DNA of 64,000 nucleotides. It comes from Nemertoderma westbladi. Taxonomy: Eukaryota > Animalia > Xenacoelomorpha. A model generated the notes under the pieces. The model searched no databases. It was not told the origin of the DNA and worked only from the letters and a program-made list of their open reading frames with translations. Every line of letters starts with the position of its first letter. Position 1 is the first letter of the stretch. The translations under genes and the position numbers were made by a program. Shown here piece by piece: positions 36,505 through 50,617 of this stretch. The stretch lies in the NCBI GenBank assembly GCA_032718475.1, contig JAUCBJ010002115.1, forward strand, positions 1-64,000, in the 5' to 3' direction.

Positions 36505-39305
36505 TACATTGCACAACTTTTATTTAGTTAATTTTTAATTTTTTTAGTGCTAGAATAATGTTGTAGCTGTAATATAATGTGGCAAGAGAAAGCAGTCAGT
36601 AGCATTGCTAGTATTGTTATCTTTCGCCGTCGTGATGCGTAATTATAAATTACATAGCTGATGCTATCACACACTACTAAAGGTCCTAACGATCTCTGAC
36701 CATTCCCAACTCAGATAGCAGCTCAGAACTGGAAATGCTATATGTTGTGGGGCGAGCCACGAAGTGAGTGAGCCTTAGCGTAGGGGTACCATTAATCAAC
36801 CTGTCGTTCTGTCGCGTTTTTTTTCAGTATTTTATTTTAAACGTTAATAACTCGGCCAATCCTTGATGAAATCTATCCAAACTTGGTACACACGTTGTTT
36901 GGCAAAAGTTTGAATATTTTCCAAGTAGAATTTGCGTGGGGTCTTCGTGCAGCATCAGTGTAACTGTTATTGCAGTTATAATAAATTTATTTATCCAAAT
37001 TTAAAATGCGTTAAATTATTATTACTGTAGGGTAAATCAGCTGTGTTTCTGACAAATTTTGCAATACATTGGGGTTGTCTGCATGTACCATGTGTACCGG
37101 TACTATCAGGCTGTACTCAATCCCTGAATCGAGAATCCTGCAATCAGTCAATACTGCAATACTGGTCAGCCGGTACCATACACTGCAGACATGCCATACC
37201 ATGTAATCTAATTAACCCCGGCAACCCTTGGGGTGATTAAAGTTTAGGCCTAATTAGCCCAGTACCGGCACCGGTAATAATAATATAATAGTTTAGATAG
37301 TTACCGCTAATCATTCAGTCATTGCTGCATTGGCACGGTACACCGTATTGCTGTACTGCCATTGTCAGTTGTAGTGCGCACCGTAGGTGCCACCCATGGC
37401 CTACTATACACAGGCCATGACAAGGACTTTGCTGTGAAATTAGCGTAGGCTGACTGTGCTGATTATCAGATTATGGTACTGTGGTACAAGCTATATACTG
37501 TTAGGTATATACTGCTGTATTGGGGTGGGGTTAGGAATAATCCATTTGTTTTAGCATTTAATCCCCTTATTTATTATAAAACCATTGGAAATATTCGCAA
37601 ATGCCGCTCCATTCTGCCATTACTGTCTGAAACGCTCCCGACAGTCCGATGTATCTGGACCCGAGCAGCCGAGTTGCTTCAAGAGGTGATTAACGGGGGA
37701 ATACTACGCAGTGCTACGGAATTGCTTGTTTGTCAGTACGATTCTATTTGGGTATTTACTACACTCAGACACTGGGAATACGGCGGTCGGTCAGATCGTA
37801 ATGCGGGCCACTGCCAAGTTCCTCATGCCTCACTCCGGTCACCCACCTTGGAGTGCGGTGGGAAGAGTCCCACTTACTGACTTACGTCGACGACTGGACG
37901 AATCGACGAGGATTGCGATCTGGGTTTAGCAGCGGCCCGGATCCTGGTATCGCCTGGGGGAAATGGTTGAACGTCGGGCATACTTGTATCGCACTGGATT
38001 ACGTTCTCTGCGACGTGAAAGTGTGAAGCGAATTCGTTGTCGAATTGGGTCGAAAGCTGCGGGAATTCTACTGTTCTACGGGAGTAAACCGCAGCGGTCC
38101 GGTGACTACGGACGGATACTACTGGGATAAGCAGGTATTTCGATCGAGTTTCTCGTATTCCCGATGCTCGACAGCTCGAGGCGGATAGAGAGTTGGTTGT
38201 GTTGGACGGTGTTGTTCAATTATATCAAACGTATTAAATAATTGGTAAAATAATAAAAACACACCAGATAAAGATACTGAGCTTATGGTAAAGAGATAGG
38301 CCGAACTTACAATTTCCAAATAGATATATTCATATAATATATATGTTAGATATGATGATATGATATGATATGATATGTATATAATACATTGCACAACTTT
38401 TATTTAGTTAATTTTTAATTTTTTTAGTACTAGAATAATGTTGTAGCTGTAATATAATGTGGCAAGAGAAAGCAGTCAGTAGCATTGCTAGTATTGTTAT
38501 CTTTCGCCGTCGTGATGCGTAATTATAAATTACATAGCTGATGCTATCACACACTACTAAAGGTCCTAACGATCTCTGACCATTCCCAACTCAGATAGCA
38601 GCTCAGAACTGGAAATGCTATATGTTGTGGGGCGAGCCACGAAGTGAGTGAGCCTTAGCGTAGGGGTACCATTAATCAACCTGTCGTTCTGTCGCGTTTT
38701 TTTTCAGTATTTTATTTTAAACGTTAATAACTCGGCCAATCCTTGATGAAATCTATCCAAACTTGGTACACATGTTGTTTGGCAAAAGTTTGAAAATTTT
38801 CCAAGTAGAATTTGCGTGGGGTCTTCGTGCAGCATCAGTGTAACTGTTATTGCAGTTATAATAAATTTATTTATCCAAATTTAAAATGCGTTAAATTATT
38901 ATTACTGTAGGATAAATCAGCTGGTTTTTCTGACAAATTTTGCAATACATTGGGGTTGTCTGCATGTACCATGTGTACCGGTACTGTCAGGCTGTACTCA
39001 ATCCCTGAATCGAGAATCCTGCAATCAGTCAATACTGCAATACTGGTCAGCCGGTACCATACACTGCAGACATGCCATATCATGTAATCTAATTAACCCC
39101 GGCAACCCTTGCGGTGATTAAAGTTTAGGCCTAATTAGCCCAGTACCGGCACCGGTAATAATAATATAATAGTTTAGATAGTTACCGCTAATCATTCAGT
39201 CATTGCTGCATTGGCACGGTACTACCGTATTGCTGTACTGCCGTTGTCAGTTGTAGTGCGCACCGTAGGTGCCTAGTCCCATGGCCTGTGTGTAGTAGGC
39301 CATGG
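36505..39305. repeat. ~0.9-kb direct duplication (36505-37420 and 38385-39305) separated by a ~1-kb spacer
   Basis: Near-identical sequence at offset 1880; each copy contains a HINE-like terminus. Confidence 0.9.
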
Positions 39306-39537
39306 TACCACCCTACTACCGGTACCGGCTGACCGGTGGCAACTAGCACTTCAGCACTTGCACAGCAACAGCACTACCGGCGATACACAGGTTGGAATTT
39401 ATGTAGAGTTTGCTCAACAGTACAGATATAAAATAGTTATCTAAATTATATATATTACTATTGACAAGTATTGAAATATATACCGTTATTCGTGTTATCA
39501 GTATTTGCAACATCTGACATTGAAGAGGTGAGAGAAG

Positions 39538-39870
39538 ATGAATACCGGCACTCAACAAAACCAACGCTTATCACAGGTCGGTATGGTTACCTCGAAACCG
39601 GCGCGACTGTCCACTCGAATACAACTTCAAAACACAAACGCCAACAATAAACTGAAAGCGAATCGAACGTCTTCAGAAGAATCTGTCATTGGGACGAAGA
39701 AAAGGAAGCCGAAACCACGGGAATGGACCACAGCTAAGATTGAATGCTCCCATTGTCAGAGTTCCTGGACCGAAATTGAAACACCAATTGCCGATGGGCT
39801 TGATCTCTCAAACCAAAACTTCCTCTGCGGGGTTTGCGCGGCAGTAAAGATTGAAAGTCTGGAAGCTGGC
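39538..39870 (+). pseudogene. PHD-finger-like fragment, probably a LINE ORF1 remnant
   Basis: IECSHC..SW...FLCGVC; truncated by the repeat at 39870-40268. Confidence 0.5.
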
Positions 39871-40268
39871 ATCCCTAGGTATTATTATTATAAAGAGCGT
39901 CAGCCTGCGTTTAATAAATATATTTTAATACAAAACAGGTCGAACGCAAAGAGGCTTATAATGAAGACGAGTACTGCATTGATTATATTCCTATAAACCA
40001 CCTGGCTTTGCATATTGAACGTGCGTTTGGAAATAAGTTCGTGCTACCCTTCCGTGGGTGGTAGATGTCGCGGTTATGTATTGGTGGGTGGGAAGGGAGG
40101 GGGGGGGGGGTGCAGATTAAAAGGGGTGAACACGTACTGTCCCCCTTTCTTTGATTAATTGGTGGTGTGGGTTAATCTCTCATAACCTGATTTTGTGATA
40201 CAGTCGCACAATTTTAATTTGTATCTCATAACTGGGCCTCGTGCTGCGCGAAGGCCCCACGAACGTGT
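39870..40268. mobile_element. Copy of the foldback-arm family
   Basis: Reverse complement of ~2213-2615; ends CCCCACGAACGTGT. Confidence 0.8.
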
Positions 40269-40795
40269 AATGAATGTCTACAAATTTGGTGTAGTAGTAT
40301 ACATACATACTTACATCAGCCACACACTAGGATACAGTTGGCCGCCATCAGCTTTATATAACTTCTCGATTCATCTGCATCAGCGCATTCTGCAGTCACT
40401 ATACCGAGAATGTATGAAGCCTCGTTTGTAAAGCAATCATTATATTTTTGTCAGCAAAGATGAAATCTTGAAAATTTCATGAATTTCGCTTGGGATGGTT
40501 GCTATACACACAAGGCTTTCTTGAGCTGAAAGGCAAACCCAACAGGCATTGAAGTACGCAAGGGAAGCGTGTTGATCTACCCCATCAGCCCGCGCAATAA
40601 TCATCTACAACTTTAAACCATCAGTACTGGTGGGTTGAATAACACAATTAATATCGCCGTAGGAAATTCTTTCTTAGGAAACTTATTTTCTTATAATTAT
40701 TTTATAATTACTTATTTTATTAATTATTATCTTAGAAATTTGCTGTCTTTAATTTCTCTGTAATTTAAGCAGAGGTGGCAGACCGTACTGCCCAT

Positions 40796-41090
40796 CCAAT
40801 AATGTGTCCATGACACCCCCAATAATGTGTGTATGACACCCCCAATAATGTGTCCATGACACCACCAATAATGTGTCCATGACACCCCCAATAATGTGTC
40901 CATGACACCCCCAATAATGTGTCCATGACACCCCCAATAATGTGTCCATGACACCCCTAATACTGTGTCCATGACACCCCCATTAATGTGTCCATGACAC
41001 ACCCAATAATGTGTCCATGACACCCCCAATAATGTGTCCATGACACCCCCAATAATGTGTCCATGACACCCCCAATAATGTGTCCATAAT
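40796..41090. repeat. 23-bp tandem repeat AATAATGTGTCCATGACACCCCC
   Basis: About 13 copies; each unit contains the palindrome GTGTC-CAT-GACAC. Confidence 0.95.
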
Positions 41091-41174
41091 ACAAAGTTCA
41101 GTAATGAAATGTATGGCTGAAACCATAATACATTGATACGTTGTTTACTATCCGATTGCGATAAGGTCCTATAA

Positions 41175-44100
41175 GATAGAAGCAGCAGATATCCCGCTCA
41201 TACAATCACAGACACCGACTTAGCCAATGATATCGTCCTGCCTTGCTGCCTTCCAATAAGGTAGAAGCAGCAGATATCCCGCTCATACAATCACAGACAC
41301 CGACTTAGCCAAAGATATCGTCCTGCCTTGCTGCCTTCCAATAAGGTAGAAGCAGCAGATATCCCACTCATACAATCACAGACACCGACTTAGTCAACGA
41401 TATCGTCCTGACTTGCTGCCTTCCAATAAGGTAGAAGCAGCAGATATCCCGCTCATACAATCACAGACACCGACTTAGCCAACGATATCGTCCTGACTTG
41501 CTGCCTTCCAATAAGGTAGAAGCAGCAGATATCCCGTTCATACAATCACAGACACCGACTTAGCCAACGATATCGTCCTGCCTTGATGCCTTCCAATAAG
41601 GTAGAAGCAGCAGATATCCCGCTCATACAATCACAGACACCGACTTAGCCAACGATATCGTCCTGCCTTGCTGCCTTCCAATAAGGTAGAAGCAACAGAT
41701 ATCCCGCTCATACAATCACAAACACCGACTTAGCCGATGATATCGTCCTGCCTTGCTGCCTTCCAATAAGGTAGAAGCAGCAGATATCCCGCTCATACAA
41801 TCACAAACACCGACTTAGCCGATGATATCGTCCTGCCTTGCTGCCTTCCAATAAGGTAGAAGCAGCAGATATCCCGCTCATACAATCACAGACACCGACT
41901 TAGCCAATGATATCGTCCTGCCTTGCTGCCTTCCAATAAGGTAGAAGCAGCAGATATCCCGCTCATACAATCACAGACACCGACTTAGCCAATGATATCG
42001 TCCTGCCTTGCTGCCTTCCAATAAGGTAGAAGCAGCAGATATCCCGCTCATACAATCACAGACACCGACTTAGCCAATGATATCGTCCTGCCTTGCTGCC
42101 TTCCAATAAGGTAGAAGCAGCAGATATCCCGCTCTTACAATCACAGACACCCACTTAGCCAACGATATCATCCTGCCTTGCTGCCTTCCAATAAGGTAGA
42201 AGCAGCAGATATCCCGCTCATACAATCACAGACACCGACTTAGCCAACGATATCGTCCTGCCTTGCTGCCTTCCAATAAGGTAGAAGCAACAGATATCCC
42301 GCTCATACAATCACAGACACCGACTTAGCCAACGATATCGTCCTGCCTTGCTGCCTTCCAATAAGGTAGAAGCAACAGATATCCCGCTCATACAATCACA
42401 GACACCGACTTAGCCAACGATATCGTCCTGCCTTGCTGCCTTCCAATAAGGTAGAAGCAGCAGATATCCCGCTCATACAATCACAGACACCGACTTAGCC
42501 AACGATATCGTCCTGCCTTGCTGCCTTCCAATAAGGTAGAAGCAACAGATATCCCGCTCATACAATCACAGACACCGACTTAGCCAAAGATATCGTCCTG
42601 CCTTGCTGCCTTCCAATAAGGTAGAAGCAGCAGATATCCCGCTCATACAATCACAGACACCGACTTAGCCAACGATATCGTCCTGCCTTGCTGCCTTCCA
42701 ATAAGGTAGAAGCAACAGATATCCCGCTCATACAATCACAGACACCGACTTAGCCAACGATATCGTCCTGCCTTGCTGCCTTCCAATAAGGTAGAAGCAA
42801 CAGATATCCCGCTCATACAATCACAGACACCGACTTAGCCAAAGATATCGTCCTGCCTTGCTGCCTTCCAATAAGGTAGAAGCAGCAGATATCCCGCTCA
42901 TACAATCACAGACACCGACTTAGCCAACGATATCGTCCTGCCTTGCTGCCTTCCAATAAGGTAGAAGCAACAGATATCCCGCTCATACAATCACAGACAC
43001 CGACTTAGCCAACGATATCGTCCTGCCTTGCTGCCTTCCAATAAGGTAGAAGCAGCAGATATCCCGCTCATACAATCACAGACACCGACTTAGCCAAAGA
43101 TATCGTCCTGCCTTGCTGCCTTCCAATAAGGTAGAAGCAGCAGATATCCCGCTCATACAATCACAGACACCGACTTAGCCAACGATATCGTCCTGCCTTG
43201 CTGCCTTCCAATAAGGTAGAAGCAGCAGATATCCCGCTCATACAATCACAGACACCGACTTAGCCAACGATATCGTCCTGCCTTGCTGCCTTCCAATAAG
43301 GTAGAAGCAACAGATATCCCGCTCATACAATCACAAACACCGACTTAGCCGTCGATATCGTCCTGCCTTGCTGCCTTCCAATAAGGTAGAAGCAGCAGAT
43401 ATCCCGCTCATACAATCACAGACACCGACTTAGCCAATGATATCGTCCTGCCTTGCTGCCTTCCAATAAGGTAGAAGCAGCAGATATCCCGCTCATACAA
43501 TAACAAACACCGACTTAGCCAACGATATCGTCCTGCCTTGCTGCCTTCCAATAAGGTAGAAGCAGCAGATATCCCGCTCATACAATCACAGACACCAACT
43601 TAGCCAACGATATCGTCCTGCCTTGCTGCTTTCCAATAAGGTAGAAGCAGCAGATATCCCGCTCATACAATCACAGACACCGACTTAGCCAACGATATCG
43701 TCCTGCCTTGCTGCCTTCCAATAAGGTAGAAGCAGCAGATATCCCGCTCATACAATAACAAACACCGACTTAGCCAACGATATCGTCCTGCCTTGCTGCC
43801 TTCCAATAAGGTAGAAGCAACAGATATCCCGCTCATACAATCACAGACACCGACTTAGCCAACGATATCGTCCTGCCTTGCTGCTTTCCAATAAGGTAGA
43901 AGCAGCAGATATCCCGTTCATACAATCACAGACACCGACTTAGCCAACGATTATCGTCCTGCCTTGCTGCCTTCCAATAAGGAAGAAGCAACAGATATCC
44001 CGCTCATACAATCACAGACACCGACTTAGCCAACGATATCGTCCTGCCTTGCTGCCTTCCAATAAGGTAGAAGCAGCAGATATCCCGCTCAAACAATCAC

Positions 44101-47100
44101 AGACACCGACTTAGCCAAAGATATCGTCCTGCCTTGCTGCCTTCCAATAAGGTAGAAGCAGCAGATATCCCGCTCATACAATCACAGACACCGACTTAGC
44201 CAATGCTATCGTCCTGCCTTGCTGCCTTCCAATAAGGTAGAAGCAGCAGATATCCCGCTCATACAATAACAAACACCGACTTAGCCAATGATATCGTCCT
44301 GCCTTGCTGCTTTCCAATAAGGTAGAAGCAGCAGATATCCCGCTCATACAATAACAAACACCGACTTAGCCAACGATATCGTCCTGCCTTGCTGCCTTCC
44401 AATAAGGTAGAAGCAGCAGATATCCCGCTCATACAATAACAAACACCGACTTAGCCAACGATATCGTCCTGCCTTGCTGCCTTCCAATAAGGTAGAAGCA
44501 GCAGATATCCCGCTCATACAATCACACACACCGACTTAGCCAACGATATCGTCCTGCCTTGGTGCCTTCCAATAAGGTAGAAGCAGCAGATATCCCGCTC
44601 ATACAATCACAGACACCGACTTAGCCAACGATATCGTCCTGCCTTGCTGCCTTCCAATAAGGTAGAAGCAGCAGATATCCCGCTCATACAATCACAGACA
44701 CCGACTTAGCCGATGATATCGTCCTGCCTTGCTGCCTTCCAATAAGGTAGAAGCAGCAGATATCCCACTCATACAATCACAGACACCGACTTAGCCGATG
44801 ATATCGTCATGCCTTGCTGCCTTCCAATAAGGTAGAAGCAGCAGATATCCCGCTCATACAATCACAAACACCGACTTAGCCAACGATATCGTCCTGCCTT
44901 GCTGCCTTCCAATAAGGTAGAAGCAACAGATATCCCGCTCATACAATCACAGACACCGACTTAGCCAACGATATCGTCCTGCCTTGCTGCCTTCCAATAA
45001 GGTAGAAGCAGCAGATATCCCGCTCATACAATCACAGACACCGACTTAGCCAACGATATCGTCCTGCCTTGCTGCCTTCCAATAAGGTAGAATCATCAGA
45101 TATCCCGCTCATACAATCACAGACACCGACTTAGCCAACGATATCGCCCTGCCTTGCTGCCTTCCAATAAGGTATAAGCATCAGATATCCCGCTCATGCA
45201 ATCACAGACACCGACTTAGCCAACGATATCGTCCTGCCTTGCTGCCTTCCAATAAGGTAGAAGCATCAGATATCCCGCTCATACAATCACAGACACCGAC
45301 TTAGCCAACGATATCGCCCTGCCTTGCTGCCTTCCAATAAGGTAGAAGCATCAGATATCCCGCTCATACAATCACAGACACCGACTTAGCCAACGATATC
45401 GTCCTGCCTTGCTGCTTTCCAATAAGGTAGAAGCAACAGATATCCCGCTCATACAATCACAGACACCGACTTAGCCAACGATATCGTCCTGCCTTGCTGC
45501 TTTCCAATAAGGTAGAAGCAACAGATATCCCGCTCATACAATCTCAAACACCGACTTAGCCAACGATATCGTCCTGCCTTGCTGCCTTCCAATAAGGTAG
45601 AAGCAGCAGATATCCCGCTCATACAATCACAAACACCGACTTAGCCGACGATATCGTCCTGCCTTGTTGCCTTCCAATAAGGTAGAAGCAGCAGATATCC
45701 CGCTCACACAATCACAGACACCGACTTAGCCAACGATATCGTCCTGCCTTGCTGCCTTCCAATAAGGTAGAAGCATCAGATATCCCGCTCATACAATCAC
45801 AGACACCGACTTAGCCAACGATATCGCCCTGCCTTGCTGCCTTCCAATAAGGTAGAAGCATCAGATATCCCGCTCATACAATCACAGACACCGACTTAGC
45901 CAACGATATCGTCCTGCCTTGCTGCTTTCCAATAAGGTAGAAGCAACAGATATCCCGCTCATACAATCACAGACACCGACTTAGCCAACGATATCGTCCT
46001 GCCTTGCTGCTTTCCAATAAGGTAGAAGCAACAGATATCCCGCTCATACAATCTCAAACACCGACTTAGCCAACGATATCGTCCTGCCTTGCTGCCTTCC
46101 AATAAGGTAGAAGCAGCAGATATCCCGCTCATACAATCACAAACACCGACTTAGCCGACGATATCGTCCTGCCTTGTTGCCTTCCAATAAGGTAGAAGCA
46201 GCAGATATCCCGCTCACACAATCACAGACACCGACTTAGCCCACGATATCGCCCTGCCTTGCTGCCTTCCAATAAGGTAGAAGCAGCAGATATCCCGCTC
46301 ATACAATCACAGACACCCACTTAGCCAACGATATCGTCCTGCCTTGCTGCCTTCCAATAAGGTAGAAGTAGCAGATATCCCGCTCATACAATCACAGACA
46401 CCGACTTAGCCGATGATATCGTCCTGCCTTGCTGCCTTCCAATAAGGTAGAAGCAGCAGATATCCCGCTCATACAATCACAGACACCGACTTAGCCGATG
46501 ATATCGTCCTGCCTTGCTGCCTTCCAATAAGGTAGAAGCAGCAGATATCCCGCTCATACAATCACAGACACCGACTTAGCCAATGATATCATCCTGCCTT
46601 GCTGCCTTCCAATAAGGTAGAAGCAGCAGATATCCCGCTCATACAATCTCAAACACCGACTTAGCCAACGATATCGTCCTGCCTTGCTGCCTTCCAATAA
46701 GGTAGAAGCAGCAGATATCCCGCTCATACAATCACAGACACCGACTTAGCCAATGATATCATCCTGCCTTGCTGCCTTCCAATAAGGTAGAAGCAGCAGA
46801 TATCCCGCTCATACAATCACAAACACCGTCTTAGCCGACGATATCGTCCTGCCTTGTTGCCTTCCAATAAGGTAGAAGCAGCAGATATCCCGCTCACACA
46901 ATCACAGACACCGACTTAGCCGACGATATCGCCCTGCCTTGCTGCCTTCCAATAAGGTAGAAGCAGCAGATATCCCGCTCATACAATCACAGACACCCAC
47001 TTAGCCAACGATATCGTCCTGCCTTGCTGCCTTCCAATAAGGTAGAAGTAGCAGATATCCCGCTCATACAATCACAGACACCGACTTAGCCGATGATATC

Positions 47101-47486
47101 GTCCTGCCTTGCTGCCTTCCAATAAGGTAGAAGCAGCAGATATCCCGCTCATACAATCACAGACACCGACTTAGCCGATGATATCGTCCTGCCTTGCTGC
47201 CTTCCAATAAGGTAGAAGCAGCAGATATCCCGCTCATACAATCACAGACACCGACTTAGCCAATGATATCATCCTGCCTTGCTGCCTTCCAATAAGGTAG
47301 AAGCAGCAGATATCCCGCTCATACAATCACAGACACCGACTTAGCCGATGATATCGTCCTGCCTTGCTGCCTTCCAATAAGGTAGAAGCAGCAGATATCC
47401 CGCTCATACAATCACAGACACCGACTTAGCCAACGATATCGTCCTGCCTTGCTGCCTTCCAATAAGGTAGAAGCAGCAGATATCCC
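41175..47486. repeat. 85-bp satellite array, ~74 copies
   Basis: Unit AATAAGGTAGAAGCAGCAGATATCCCGCTCATACAATCACAGACACCGACTTAGCCAACGATATCGTCCTGCCTTGCTGCCTTCC; period confirmed at 44401/44486/44571. Confidence 0.98.
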
Positions 47487-48591
47487 TTTTAGTCCGCCAA
47501 CCCGGCCCTAGTAACCGTTTTAGCAACAGATTTATGAAATTTAAATTATTAATTTCTTTGTCTCACCTTTCCTTTTCCTGAGAAAATCAACAAACAGTTT
47601 TAAGAATTAAAAACCCATCACACAACTTAAATAACATCTCGGGAACATATCAAGGGCAATATAAAATCAAATAGAGTCTAATGTCGCAGAAACAGGCCCA
47701 TTATTTGGACCAGAGTAATTTACACAAGTAACAAAATATTAAGTTTAAGAAGTGGAGAATTCGTGTACCTTTACTCAACTATTTGTTCCAATATTTGTAA
47801 CTATTTTTAAAAATTATTATTTAATTAATTTAATTTAAGTAATTATTTAAAAATATCACTACAGCTCAGTAGCATGGTGATACTTCCCGTCATATTGTAC
47901 ACACTTGGGTGACATTTACAGTCCACGTTACCATAGCAACAGACCGCAACAATTAAATGTGACACACGTCGCATAGCTATAACCTTCGACTGTTAGTCAG
48001 CATCCTATCGTGATTTTGGGGTACCGGTATATTGTTTAATACAAATATGAATTTTAAAGAATCTCAGGCGTTTATCGAAACCTACAGTTAATAGTTAACT
48101 CACTCTAAATGCTGCTGAGATATTTGTTTTGCAGCAGGCAGGTACATCACACTATGCACCGTCGAGACAGGGGTTGGGCGGGGGGGGGGGGGGCAAATCC
48201 CATTTCGGCGAATTATTTTGTCTCAATGTTAAATTATCAATTTAGGGAAAGGAGCAGTTTACAGTGGCACGTTATTCCAACTAAAACAATAAACGAATCT
48301 CAACAGAACAGATTGAAATTTAATTTTTGAGAGTAAACAGGTGTTATTTGCGTCGATTTTCACCCTGGAGAGGGATCAATTTTGATTGCGTCGAAACTAT
48401 CACTTGCATTTGCCTATTATTATTATTATGACTTGATGGAAATGGATGGTGACGAACATATTCCTACTCTTAAAGGAAAACTTGCCCGAATGTGGTTTGT
48501 GAAGAGATATGCATATTTATTATGTGGAGCAAAGAAAGATGAGCCATTAAGAATTGCTTCAGTTGGCGGAAAGTTAAAATAAAAGGTGTCA

Positions 48592-48796
48592 GCACTACTA
48601 CTACTATTGGCATGCTACATTGCAGATGCATAATATATATTACACATATATTTAGATGCTGTGCCGTCTTGTCGACAAAATTGCGCTGCCACAACTCTCT
48701 GCCACCCATGACATTTGCTAGATCATCCGCATCTTCAAGGCCAATGTCCTTTAAGTTGCGTCTCAAGAAAGTCATGGGCTGTCCACCATGCTTATT
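48592..48796 (-). mobile_element. RTE 3' end fragment (family of 440-850)
   Basis: NKHGGQPMTFLRR...WQRNFVDK and a (TAG)n tail. Confidence 0.85.
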
Positions 48797-49524
48797 CAGT
48801 ACCAGTCCGGTACAGTACAGTACCAGTACCGGTCCGGTACAGTACCAGTACGGGTCCGGTACAGTACAGTACCAGTACAGGTCCGGTACAGTACAGTACC
48901 AGTACGGGTCCTGTACAGTACCAGTACGGGTCTGGTACAGTACAGTACCGGTCCGGTCCGGTACAGTACCAGTACCGGTCCTGTACAGTACAGTACAGTA
49001 CCAGTACGGGTCCGGTACAGTACCAGTACGGGTCCGGTACAGTACAGTACCGGTCCTGTCCGGTACAGTACCAGTACCGGTCCGGTACAGTACAGTACCA
49101 GTACCGGTCCGGTACAATGCCAGTACGGGTCCGGTACAGTACCAGTACGGGTCCAGTACAGTACCAGTACCGGTCTGGTACAGTACAGTACGGGTCCGGT
49201 ACAGTACCAGTACGGGTCCGGTACAGTACCAGTACGGGTCCGGTACAGTACAGTACCGGTCCGGTCCGGTACAGTACCGGTCCGGTACAGTACAGTACCA
49301 GTACGGGTCCGGTACAGTACCAGTACGGGTCCGGTACAGTACAGTACCGGTCCGGTCCGGTACAGTACCAGTACCGGTCCGGTACAGTACAGTACCTGTT
49401 TTGAATTTCCCCCTTACATCCGTATCACTGTACCTCATTGTATAAATCAGATTTGGTGATAGGGTGTAATAGTGCAATTTGAAATCCATTGTATCAACTA
49501 TGTTATTATACTATCATTCTCACC

Positions 49525-49559
<35 letters not shown>

Positions 49560-49680
49560 CAGTACCAGTCCGGTACAGTACAGTACCAGTACCGGTCCGG
49601 TACAGTTCAGTACCAGTACGGGTCCGGTACAGTACCAGTACGGGTCCGGTACAGTACCGGTCCGGTACAGTACCAGTAGG
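48797..49680. repeat. Complex CAGTA/CCGGT short-unit repeat in two blocks with an intervening poly(A)
   Basis: Directly visible; explains the QYQYGSGTV-type pseudo-ORFs. Confidence 0.95.
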
Positions 49681-49699
49681 CCTACGGGTCATTTATAGA

Positions 49700-49880
49700 A
49701 AGACATAGAAATTAGTAAAGCAAAGGCGTGGGTAGCTCTATCAAAAATGGTCAGATCTCTCCAGGCACCTGAAGAATAAGTTCTTTCGAACCACAGAGGA
49801 AAGTGTACTTTTAAACGGGGATGATACCTGGACACTACTGACAAACAAAGAATTGTTGGTGTTACGCAAAGCTACTAAGG
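49700..49880 (+). mobile_element. RTE RT fragment related to 23360-23560
   Basis: GACATAGAA..AGCAAAGGC.TGGGTAGCTCTATCAAAAATGG shared. Confidence 0.8.
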
Positions 49881-49894
49881 TTTCATATTTCAGC

Positions 49895-50420
49895 AAAAAT
49901 ACTGAAATATATCACCATAAAAAATAAACACTTTTCTTGAATAATGTAATAAGTTTGCTAAAACACTACAATATAAATATATCACAATAAATATAAATAA
50001 CTTTATTCATATGTGATTAGGTCTCAGAAATACTGAAATATATATCACAATAAATAATAAATATTTTCCTTTACATATATGTAATTGATCGCAAAAGTAC
50101 TGAAATATATAACACCATAAATTATAATTAGTTTCCTTCATATATATATTTAATTATGTCGCAAAAATACTTAAATATATATCACAATAAATAATAAATA
50201 TTTTATTTTAAATATATGTAATTGATCGCAAAAGTACTGAAATATATAACACCATAAATTATAATTATTTTCCTTCATATATATATTTAATTATGTCGCA
50301 AAAATACTTAAATATATATCACAATAAATAATAAATATTTTATTTTAAATATATGTAATTGATCGCAAAAGTACTGAAATATATCTCACCATAAATATTA
50401 AATATTTTCCTTCGTATATA
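49895..50420. repeat. AT-rich ~60/130-bp tandem repeats
   Basis: AAAATACTGAAATATATATCACAATAAAT recurs. Confidence 0.8.
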
Positions 50421-50479
50421 TATATAACTTATCGTCGTATATTCATTACACCTTCTTTATATCATGAGGTGCCATTTAT

Positions 50480-50617
50480 CTAATTGATTCGGCTAAATAT
50501 CTTTTTAGCGCGATTCTGGAAACTTTTAAGCTGAGCGGAATAGATAATTGGGTTGCAGAATATGTTGATGAGAACCATGATGCGAACGAACACATATATA
50601 GGAGTCCCCTTTGCATG
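50480..50617 (-). CDS. Class A GPCR last exon (TM7 NPxxY, helix 8)
   Basis: HAKGTPIYVFVRIMVLINIFCNPIIYSAQLKSFQNRAKKIFSRIN*. Confidence 0.92.
   Translation of the reverse strand, partial: HAKGTPIYVFVRIMVLINIFCNPIIYSAQLKSFQNRAKKIFSRIN

Noticed and set aside
41175-47486. CRISPR-like array
   Set aside because: Head-to-tail 85-bp monomers with no unique spacers, no cas genes and a eukaryotic context: a satellite.
48470-49708. Long overlapping ORFs (up to 339 aa)
   Set aside because: Stop-free translations of the CAGTA/CCGGT repeat in several frames.
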